Part shown: positions 8,946 to 16,251 of the stretch, piece by piece | How the letters are laid out: each line of letters opens with the position of its first letter | Position numbering within the stretch: the stretch's first letter is position 1 | Assembly (NCBI GenBank): GCA_964599715.1 | Contig: CAZRGY010000003.1 | Span: 1-32,962, forward strand | Source of the DNA: an uncultured Verrucomicrobiota bacterium | GTDB lineage: Bacteria > Verrucomicrobiota > Verrucomicrobiia > Limisphaerales > JAEYXS01 | Direction: 5' to 3' | Length of the DNA stretch: 32,962 bases | The notes under the pieces: model-generated | The model's input: only the letters and a program-made list of their open reading frames with translations | Database searches by the model: none | Told to the model about the DNA's origin: nothing | Translations under genes and position numbers: made by a program

Positions 8946-9281
8946 TTAAACTAAGCCTTCGGCGGTATGCGCAGGACGTTTGACAATCTCAAAGATACGA
9001 TGCATACGAGTGAGCTCGATAACCTGCTGGACAGAAGTCTGCGGATTTAACAGTCGTAGCGGGACTTCGCCATGCCGGTTACATGCGGTCTTGTGCACGA
9101 GAAGCAAGGCACCAATCCCATGACTGTCCACGCGGTCAACCTCAGAAAAATCCACTTCGATTGCTTTCAACTCTGGCGACATCGCCGCCTGCACCTTCTC
9201 CCTAAAAAGACCGGCGTTAGCCGCGACAAGGTGTTTGACTTGGTTGACCGTTAGAATGCCATCTCGTTGTAGTATATTCAT
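8946..9281 (-). CDS. Single-domain STAS protein (anti-sigma-factor-antagonist-like, SpoIIAA/RsbV family)
   Basis: The track ORF extends to 9356 but would overlap the upstream gene by 61 nt. The internal ATG at 9281 (MNILQRDGILTV...) gives 111 aa. STAS pattern EVDFSEVDRVDSHGIGALLLV with Ser at the canonical phosphorylation position. Confidence 0.75.
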   Translation of the reverse strand: MNILQRDGILTVNQVKHLVAANAGLFREKVQAAMSPELKAIEVDFSEVDRVDSHGIGALLLVHKTACNRHGEVPLRLLNPQTSVQQVIELTRMHRIFEIVKRPAHTAEGLV

Positions 9282-9295
9282 ATCATCATGCTGTC

Positions 9296-10606
9296 CTAGC
9301 CCTGACCATCCAACTCTGGATACGGCTCCGGAACAGGAGCCTGAACTTTCATGCAAGAGCCTATTCCGTTAATAGACCGGATTATCACCACTTGGTAAAA
9401 AATAGAAAAATCGAGCTGCCAATCTCCCATCATTGAGTAATAGCAAGCATGTGCCCGCGCTCGATCGCCAAAAAGATCGATGCCTTTCTCAACATCTGCC
9501 AGTGATATCACTCCCATAGGCACTGCAAGCCATAGTTTCTCGTGCTCGTGCCCCAAATCTTCTACCTGTCGCGGTGTTAAAGGCCGATTTCCGATAAAGG
9601 CAAAGCGACCACAAACTGCTTCCCAAAGCTGTGGCCACCGCCTGACCCAGCCATAACGACTCGGCACCTCAAAATACCTCAGCACCCCGCCTGTTCGATC
9701 AAAACGCTTGGGACCTGGTATGACTGCGATTCTGGCATTCCAGTAAGGCCCGCCCTTGATAAGGGAATGAGCCATTGAAAAAAAGGCGAACGGCGCGATT
9801 CCGGTTAATATGAGGCCTGCCAAAATTCTTCCACCGATGGTTGCCGCCGGCCATTTATTTGCCGAATCATTCAAAGCGCTCAAAAGAAACTTATCGGCGA
9901 CTTTGACCGTAGCTCCATCAATCAGGCGTGTGAGTGTATCTGCCCACGCGATCGAGTCTTTGATATCCGTCCATTCACCGACCAAAGTTTCACTAAATAC
10001 GATGCTGTTACCAATCTCCGCACCTCGCTCAACACAAACGCGGTCTTCAATTATTGCCAGTGGCCCCACAACAGCATCCGCTTCAATCTTGACGTCATTG
10101 CCGATCCAACAAGGGGAAAGCAGTTTGACCGAAGCAGCCAAGGAAACATGCATACCTATCCAGACCCCCGGCGCCATCTCCTTCATCCCAACCCTAGCGG
10201 ATTCTGTCGCTTGCGACATCAATTGCAAAAGTGCTGCAAACCACGAGTTATAGTCTTCAAAAAGTTTACACCCAGGCAAAGAAGGCATGGAATCCATTAC
10301 TTCTACGCAATCCACTGGCCCAGCATTGGCGACAAACGATATGGCTTCTTCAATTCCCATCTCCCGGACAACTGGCCACACTTCAACCCTCACACCATAC
10401 TTTTGGCCCTCTACAACATAGGCTCGCACCATGTCCGGCCGGTCAGCAGCCAGGATCACAACCTCGGAAACTTTTCGGTCTGCCAAATGTTCCAGCCAAT
10501 AATCAATCAGAGGTTTTCCCAACATGGGCACCAAAACTAATGGCACGGAGTCATGGAGGCATGCCACCCCTAGACGTTCTCCCGGGCAGATCAAGATTGC
10601 CTTCAT
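9296..10606 (-). CDS. Fusion protein: NDP-sugar-pyrophosphorylase-like domain + left-handed beta-helix + membrane segment + degenerate (DE->RR) phosphoglycosyl-transferase-like domain
   Basis: ATG at 10606 (MKAILICPGERLG...), 1 nt after the upstream PGT stop. N-terminus is collinear with NTP_transferase (VPLVLVPMLGKPLIDYWLEHL...VVILAA). Hexapeptide-like repeats IGNDVKIEADAVVGPLAIIEDRVCVERGAEIGNSIV. Hydrophobic ILAGLILTGIAPFAFFSMA. C-terminus is collinear with bacterial sugar transferases (RRWPQLWEAVCGRFAFIGNRP versus DEFPQFYNVLLGDMSLVGPRP in the neighbour). Confidence 0.7.
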   Translation of the reverse strand: MKAILICPGERLGVACLHDSVPLVLVPMLGKPLIDYWLEHLADRKVSEVVILAADRPDMVRAYVVEGQKYGVRVEVWPVVREMGIEEAISFVANAGPVDCVEVMDSMPSLPGCKLFEDYNSWFAALLQLMSQATESARVGMKEMAPGVWIGMHVSLAASVKLLSPCWIGNDVKIEADAVVGPLAIIEDRVCVERGAEIGNSIVFSETLVGEWTDIKDSIAWADTLTRLIDGATVKVADKFLLSALNDSANKWPAATIGGRILAGLILTGIAPFAFFSMAHSLIKGGPYWNARIAVIPGPKRFDRTGGVLRYFEVPSRYGWVRRWPQLWEAVCGRFAFIGNRPLTPRQVEDLGHEHEKLWLAVPMGVISLADVEKGIDLFGDRARAHACYYSMMGDWQLDFSIFYQVVIIRSINGIGSCMKVQAPVPEPYPELDGQG

Positions 10607-10607
10607 T

Positions 10608-11321
10608 TCAGCAAGCTCCCTTTCTAAATAAAACCGCCGGGACAGTCTTGAACAGGATCTTGATGTCCCCCCAGAAACTCTGACTTTCGATATACTCCAC
10701 ATCCAACTTAACCTGCCCTTTGAAATCTATCTCACTTCTTCCTCCTATCTGCCAAAAACAAGTCAATCCGGGTTTGACGACCAGACGTCGCCGATCAGAG
10801 AACGTGTAGAGCATGACCTCTCTGGGCAAAGGCGGGCGCGGCCCAACCAAAGACATATCACCAAGTAAAACGTTGTAGAACTGGGGGAATTCATCGATCG
10901 AGAACATCCGCAACCACTTGCCAATTTTGGTCAACCGTGGATCATTTTTGAGCTTAAAAGTTACTCCCTCTTTATGCTGGTTACTTTCCAGAAGTGCCGT
11001 CAACCGGGCCTCGGCATCCAGGCACATAGAGCGGAATTTAAACAACTTGAACTCACGGCCATCTTTACCCACACGCGTTTGGCAGAAAAACACCGCCCCC
11101 CTGTCCTCCAGCATGATAAGCATTCCAACAATCAAGAAGAGAGGAGCCAAGAGTATCAACGCCATAAAGCTGATTACGACATCCAACAACCGCTTGCTTG
11201 CCTGCGGGCTATTAAGAAAATTCCGCCAGATTATTCGTCTCCACATGGCACAGAGTTTCGTGCGCCATCGGCCCAACGGATTCTGGGTCGCAGTAAATTG
11301 TTCAATCAGCATAGCGTTCAT
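10608..11321 (-). CDS. Polyprenyl-phosphate phosphoglycosyl transferase (bacterial sugar transferase family, initiating enzyme)
   Basis: 237 aa. N-terminal re-entrant/TM helix LLDVVISFMALILLAPLFLIVGMLIML. Canonical motifs GREFKLFKFRSM, SIDEFPQFYNVLLGDMSLVGPRP, KPGLTCFWQIGGRS, LDVEYI. Confidence 0.92.
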   Translation of the reverse strand: MNAMLIEQFTATQNPLGRWRTKLCAMWRRIIWRNFLNSPQASKRLLDVVISFMALILLAPLFLIVGMLIMLEDRGAVFFCQTRVGKDGREFKLFKFRSMCLDAEARLTALLESNQHKEGVTFKLKNDPRLTKIGKWLRMFSIDEFPQFYNVLLGDMSLVGPRPPLPREVMLYTFSDRRRLVVKPGLTCFWQIGGRSEIDFKGQVKLDVEYIESQSFWGDIKILFKTVPAVLFRKGAC

Positions 11322-11333
11322 AAGAGTTCAAAT

Positions 11334-12017
11334 TCAGTTGTTCCTGGCACAGGAGGATATCTTGCAAGCCACTTCTTTGCTCTTGATTCTGGCTTTCACT
11401 ATCGCTGCTAGTCGTAGTGCGTCTTGCTCGGTAACCGGGGATTGAATCAAGTGGTCTGCCCATTGGGTCTGTGGCTGAACATGGATCTCGTGCATGGGCA
11501 GAACGGTGGATGCAAATTGCGAAATGACTGCGCTTGGAGTACGTCCACGACTCATAACATCACGTTGCATGCGACGCCAGAAACGCAAATCAGCAGGACA
11601 GTCAATAAACACCTTCAAGTCGAAAAGTGAACGGAGTTCTGGGCGATGGAGCAACCAAAGCCCATCCACAACTACAATTGGTTTACAGCGCCAGACAGAG
11701 GATTTCTCAAACCGGCAGTGGGTCGTGAAATCATATCGTGGAATCTTAAGCGCCTCAGCGCCCTCCTGAAACTGTGTAAGCACCTGGGTTAACACCGGCC
11801 AATCAATCGCACTTGGGCTGTCAAAGTTGATCTGCGCCCGGTGTTCTGGCGCCAAGGGCGAAAGATCGCGATAAAAATCATCCAAGGAAAGGTTTGAAGC
11901 TTTTCTACCCAAGTTTGACCTTAACCGGTTCGCGAGCCAGGTTTTTCCAGAGCCGCTTCCACCAACAATCGCGACCACGCATACAGCCGAACTTTTTTTG
12001 ACGATAGTGTTCATCAT
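11334..12017 (-). CDS. udk: Uridine kinase homologue (PRK/uridine kinase family P-loop kinase)
   Basis: 227 aa, collinear with Udk as I remember it: P-loop VAIVGGSGSGKT, LSLDDFY, NFDSPSAID, IPRYDF..H.R, IVVVDGLWLL, VFIDCPADLRFWRRMQRDVMSRGRT, ISQFASTVLPMH. ATGA 4-nt overlap with the upstream GT4 stop (12014-12017). Confidence 0.7.
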   Translation of the reverse strand: MMNTIVKKSSAVCVVAIVGGSGSGKTWLANRLRSNLGRKASNLSLDDFYRDLSPLAPEHRAQINFDSPSAIDWPVLTQVLTQFQEGAEALKIPRYDFTTHCRFEKSSVWRCKPIVVVDGLWLLHRPELRSLFDLKVFIDCPADLRFWRRMQRDVMSRGRTPSAVISQFASTVLPMHEIHVQPQTQWADHLIQSPVTEQDALRLAAIVKARIKSKEVACKISSCARNN

Positions 12018-13192
12018 GCGTGGCTCTTGATGACACGGACAAACATGTCCTCCAAACCATCCACATAACTGGAAAAATTAAACCTTTCGTTCACCATCTT
12101 TCGCCCCGCCTCGCCCATCTTTTTTGCAAGGTTTTTATCATTCAGTAATTGATCCAATCTGGCGGCATAAAGCTCAGTATTCATCCAGGGGATCAGAAAT
12201 CCATTCTCTCCCTCCAGCAGCCATTCCTTAATGCCTCCAGCATCGAAAGCTACAACCGGCAGCGCGTGATGCATGCCTTCCAAGCCGGCTGCACCAAAAG
12301 GTTCCGCCCAGACCGAACTCATCATCATGATGCTGGCCTGTGCATAGTACGACTGTAATTCAGACTGACTGACATACCCCTTGAAAATGACGCGCTCACT
12401 CAATCCAAGTTTGCGGGAAAGAGCTTCACAATACTCTCTGTGACTACCATCACCAAAAATCAGGCATTTGAATGCGCTCTTAACTTTTTCCAACGCCAGC
12501 AACAACACATCCACACCTTTGCCTCGAATGATTTGCCCGCTGTAAATCAGCAGATTACTTTTCGCTGTTATTTGCTTCGCTGCATTTTCTGCCATCGGGG
12601 GAGTCGGTGCATGAATCTCGATTTGCCCCTCCTTAACATGATTACGCATCAATTCGTCCTTCATATAGTTTGTCGCTACAATAAGACGGTCGAACTGACG
12701 GTTGGTCCGTAATTCTTTGCGCCGCTTGAAGTAACTGATCCATTTAACGGGAAAACCTCCAGCTGAGTTGCGCCCAATGAATCCACCACAAGGAATGATA
12801 CAGAACGCAGACATCGGTCGGGTGCAAATCTTCCGGCTGAAGTGCCCATAGCGACAGCCTCGCAGGCAATAAGTCTCATGATCATGCACCATTCGCACCA
12901 CTGGTCGACGGGAAGCCAGCAGAGCTTCTAAAACCTCATTTTCTGCCATCTTGTGAATATAAACCACATCTGGCAGAAAGCGTTCGATTACCTTTGTGAC
13001 AGCCTTCCCCCCGTCCAGAACGAAGCGCTCTTGAAACAGATTCTGCCACTCCGCCTCAGCTTTGCCAGTCGAAGGGCCATGAACAATGCCTACTTCGTGA
13101 CCACGGCACTTCAACTCCGTTGCGGTGTGAAACATGTTAGATTCCGCACCTCCAAATGCGCCAAAGCATTCATGGATAAAAAGCAATTTCAT
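12014..13192 (-). CDS. Family 4 (GT-B) glycosyltransferase
   Basis: 392 aa. MKLLFIHECFGAFGGAE N-terminus and C-terminal GT4 signature SSVWAEPFGAAGLEGMHHALPVVAFDAGGIKEWL..GENGFL. Confidence 0.9.
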   Translation of the reverse strand: MKLLFIHECFGAFGGAESNMFHTATELKCRGHEVGIVHGPSTGKAEAEWQNLFQERFVLDGGKAVTKVIERFLPDVVYIHKMAENEVLEALLASRRPVVRMVHDHETYCLRGCRYGHFSRKICTRPMSAFCIIPCGGFIGRNSAGGFPVKWISYFKRRKELRTNRQFDRLIVATNYMKDELMRNHVKEGQIEIHAPTPPMAENAAKQITAKSNLLIYSGQIIRGKGVDVLLLALEKVKSAFKCLIFGDGSHREYCEALSRKLGLSERVIFKGYVSQSELQSYYAQASIMMMSSVWAEPFGAAGLEGMHHALPVVAFDAGGIKEWLLEGENGFLIPWMNTELYAARLDQLLNDKNLAKKMGEAGRKMVNERFNFSSYVDGLEDMFVRVIKSHA

Positions 13193-13450
13193 TATCGGGG
13201 TTGGCTAAGTTTCGCTGCGGAATTTGTTTCGATATTTTAACCTGATCGTCACTTGCTGCCGACATCCGCTACACCATTGAAAGTATTTCGGCCGTGCTGA
13301 TATTCAAAGTAGGTGAAACCCTAAAACAGCAGATTGATCGACCCTGCTCGATTTGAACTTCGTGGTTACTTGCGGATGGCTTTGGCAGGCCCGCTGTTTT
13401 GGTTCTTTCCCAAGAACTCAAAGCAGGGACTGAGGAACAGAAATTTAGCT

Positions 13451-16093
13451 TCACTTGAGTTTTAAACCGGTCACTGAATTGGTGATGCCGTATATCCGTC
13501 TGCCATCCGGTAAAACAGCTTCGACCTCAATCCAGGCAGGCATTGAAGCCCCCGGAGTCAATGAGAGTGCCGATCGAAATGAGATTCCAGTGTCTGGCGT
13601 CTCCCAAACCATCCGTGCTTCCTTAAGGTCCACCTCTGGCGTTACCAGACGGGCTGCCGCTATGCCCGTTACCTTGTCCTTCGATATCTGTATTTGTCCG
13701 GTCGCAGCTTTCCACGACTGTTCTTTTTTGGCTGTCTTGCTCATCAAGAACGCTGCCGCCGCCAACGCACGCGCTTGATTAACAATTACGAATTCCGTTT
13801 GAACATTGAAGCTGTCACCCCAGCGATCGTAGATGGGATATGGCTGATTTCCTGAACCATCCGGTGGAAAAGTCAAAGCTCCCAGCTCCTGCTTGTAGAA
13901 ATCCAGCCAGCCAAAGCCTCCTTGCAGATTGCCGACCGGAATACCGCTAGGCGGCAAAACGCGACGGTCATTCTGGGCGAAATGGTGAACGATCTCTTGC
14001 GGCCGCTTAAATCCAAGCCCCGTCACAAAGCAGACATTCACTGGATTGCATCCCAACTCATAGTTGAAGTTTGCAAGCAAGGCATCTAAGAATTTAGGGC
14101 GTAAGTCTCGATTTACAGGATAGTCCAACTGGCAGCCGACGGCCAGATCAAAGGCCGCACCCGAGGAGAAGTACCACCCCGCGCTGCGAACACGTTTTGT
14201 TTCCACGGGGAAGCTAGTTCCATAAGCGCTCTGCAGCGAACGCCGCAATTGATCTTCCGCACCTGCGGCGACTTCATTCTCGCAGCCGCGAACCATCAGT
14301 TCATCCAATTGTTTCCCTTGAAGCCGGCCACTTTTATGGGCGAATGCGTAACTTCTGGCCGCATTGCCATAGCCATCGTACAAGCGCCACCAGCCCCATT
14401 TGCGGGTCGCAGGGTCATCTGGATGATACCACTCGAGAAACCTCCCGTGATACTTTGCTTCTCCAGTGGCCAAAAACATCTCACATGCCGCCCAAGCCAG
14501 TTCGTCATCATGCATGAAGTCGTTCCCATAGTGGGTGATCTTTTGATAAGCACCATCCTTGCCGTGGAGCGCGATGGCCCGCTCAAGGAAAGCCCAGCCC
14601 GACCGCGCTTTCTGGAGGTATGCCTTGGCTTCTTCTGGGAACTGTTTCTGAAAGAGTGGTGAGGAACTGATCTGGGCCAGCGCCGCGACTGCGGCAGCGG
14701 TGGCGGCAGTTGTTTTCGGCCACACGATCTGGGTGTCGCCAAAGTCGGGCAGCACATTGTGTTCGTAGCGGCGTTCACGCGGGTATACGAGAAAATAGAA
14801 ACCGCCATCGTCATCCTGCATTTTGGCGAGGAATTCCGCTTCCCAGTTCGCCTTCTGCAAGAGATCGCTCAGTTTGTCACCACTCTCCGGCAGGCCCAGA
14901 TTGTCCAACTCACCTGCGCCGGGAAACACATCAACAGCAAAAACAAGATGGTGAATGAAGGCGGCACTGTTGATGGTGTATTTGCTATAATCCCCTGCAT
15001 CATGGTGACCTTTCGAAACATCAATGCTGCCATGTTTAACAAATGGATACAGGCTTGAGGCGAAATCTTTCATCACCGGTGCGGTATGGCGCTGGTTTTT
15101 AGTAGCGTCCGCCGACTCTTCTCGCAGGAACTTCTGTGTATTGGTGAAGAAAGCGGTGGGAATCTCAGCCAACGCCTGATGACAGACCGCATGGGTGAAG
15201 CGTGTAAACGGTAGCGCATTGCTGTCACCACAACGCTGGTGATAAATACCCAGTGCGTAAGTCCGAGCGAGCAACGCCGGATACCCTTCGTTGATGAAGA
15301 ATGGATATGAAACTCCCAATCCATCCACCGCCAGGCGATACTCCCCAGTTTTTGTGAAACTTGAAAAATCCGCTTCGAATACTTGTTGGTAACAAGGAAA
15401 GGGAAAGCCTTGATCCCGGTGAAAGGTCATTTGACTCTCGAAGACTACCGTTTTGCAATCAGCTGATAGCAACTTGAATTTCCCCTCAGGCGGCAAATTA
15501 AGTTCCCCCATACTCCCAAGATAGAATCCCACCATGGCTTTTTTTGACAATTGAGGAGCATAGCCCGCTTGATTCACATGAATCGCTTCACTCAGCCGGA
15601 AAGGGTCGTTTGTGACAAAAAGAAACTGCTCTTTCTTCCATAGGGTCGCGGGGATACTCTTAACCTCAATGACTTGTCCGCTTTCGACAGTTTTCTCCAG
15701 TTGCAAATAGAGATAGTTGCCAATTCGCAGGTCACGCACCTTGAGGGGGGCAAAAAGCACGCGCCGTTTGAAGCCAACTCCGGTGATGCCAGCTGATTGC
15801 CCATCGGCCAGCACCACGAAATCGGTCACCACTGGCAATCGTAGCATCCCCGAAGTATCGACCAAGTCCCAGTCTGGCAACGGCAAATTGAGTTCTTTCG
15901 AGTTGACATAACTGAGCTCCAGCAAATTGGACGAAACTAACTGGAGTGAATAATCTCCTATGACTGGCAACCGGTAATGGTCATCACGAACCCCTTCGGC
16001 AGACAACGACAAGACCAGCCATAGAAGGCTAAAACTGGCAATAAGACTTGAATTCACCGACCTTGCATAACACGCAAGCCAGTGTTCGCCCAT
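13451..16093 (-). CDS. Secreted Ig-like (CelD_N-type) + divergent glycoside hydrolase family 9 protein
   Basis: The track ORF starts at TTG 16171. The first ATG is 16093 (MGEHWLACYARSVNSSLIASFSLLWLVLSLSAEG, signal-peptide-like) and gives 880 aa. GH9 hallmark HHDAGDYSKY at 14990-15007. (alpha/alpha)6-type strings HDDELAWAA, WGWWRLY. Candidate acid Glu in FNVQTEFVIVNQA. Paralogous to aa ~915-1757 of the giant protein. Confidence 0.8.
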   Translation of the reverse strand: MGEHWLACYARSVNSSLIASFSLLWLVLSLSAEGVRDDHYRLPVIGDYSLQLVSSNLLELSYVNSKELNLPLPDWDLVDTSGMLRLPVVTDFVVLADGQSAGITGVGFKRRVLFAPLKVRDLRIGNYLYLQLEKTVESGQVIEVKSIPATLWKKEQFLFVTNDPFRLSEAIHVNQAGYAPQLSKKAMVGFYLGSMGELNLPPEGKFKLLSADCKTVVFESQMTFHRDQGFPFPCYQQVFEADFSSFTKTGEYRLAVDGLGVSYPFFINEGYPALLARTYALGIYHQRCGDSNALPFTRFTHAVCHQALAEIPTAFFTNTQKFLREESADATKNQRHTAPVMKDFASSLYPFVKHGSIDVSKGHHDAGDYSKYTINSAAFIHHLVFAVDVFPGAGELDNLGLPESGDKLSDLLQKANWEAEFLAKMQDDDGGFYFLVYPRERRYEHNVLPDFGDTQIVWPKTTAATAAAVAALAQISSSPLFQKQFPEEAKAYLQKARSGWAFLERAIALHGKDGAYQKITHYGNDFMHDDELAWAACEMFLATGEAKYHGRFLEWYHPDDPATRKWGWWRLYDGYGNAARSYAFAHKSGRLQGKQLDELMVRGCENEVAAGAEDQLRRSLQSAYGTSFPVETKRVRSAGWYFSSGAAFDLAVGCQLDYPVNRDLRPKFLDALLANFNYELGCNPVNVCFVTGLGFKRPQEIVHHFAQNDRRVLPPSGIPVGNLQGGFGWLDFYKQELGALTFPPDGSGNQPYPIYDRWGDSFNVQTEFVIVNQARALAAAAFLMSKTAKKEQSWKAATGQIQISKDKVTGIAAARLVTPEVDLKEARMVWETPDTGISFRSALSLTPGASMPAWIEVEAVLPDGRRIYGITNSVTGLKLK

Positions 16094-16179
16094 GAGGGTA
16101 TCACCCCAGATAGGTTCTGTATTTGTGCGGGCGGTAGCTTGATTTGAACGATGGTCGCGCCATGCAACCAAGGCGCTGG

Positions 16180-16227
16180 AAAAAAAAGATCGCGCGGAGT
16201 CGGCTTACGCCAAGGACTTCCGCGCGA
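16180..16227 (-). terminator. Rho-independent terminator downstream of the 2063-aa gene
   Basis: Minus-strand RNA reads UCGCGCGGA-A-GUC [13-nt loop] GAC-UCCGCGCGA followed by UC-U8. This is a 9-bp GC-rich stem plus 3 more bp across a 1-nt bulge (plus-strand arms 16190-16201 and 16215-27), then a run of eight U (A-run 16180-16187 on plus). It lies 25 nt after the TAA at 16252. Confidence 0.8.
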
Positions 16228-16251
16228 CCCAACCACAGGAATGACCTGCGG

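Noticed and set aside
9810-11445. Plus-strand ORFs of 130-175 aa (9810-10253, 10148-10540, 10231-10683, 10918-11445, 10974-11411) antisense to the PGT and fusion genes
   Set aside because: They are antisense to genes with strong family motifs, have low-complexity Ser/Pro/Arg-rich translations, and overlap one another.
13269-13454. 61-codon minus ORF (GTG start overlapping the GH9 stop as GTGA) in the 258-bp gap before the GT4 gene
   Set aside because: Non-ATG start, no motif, and a composition typical of non-coding spacer. It could be a coupled small ORF, but I have no support beyond the overlap.
16094-16171. N-terminal extensions in the ORF track (16171 for GH9, 9356 for STAS, 10702 for the fusion, 24044 and 25477 for the OPX genes, 2307, 29986, 30246)
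   Set aside because: Several of these track starts are TTG (16171, 25477, 2307, 29986, 30246, all checked in sequence). Others (9356, 10702, 24044) would overlap the upstream gene by 60-115 nt. In-frame ATGs give signal peptides or lipoboxes, or abut the upstream stop, so I used the shorter models.
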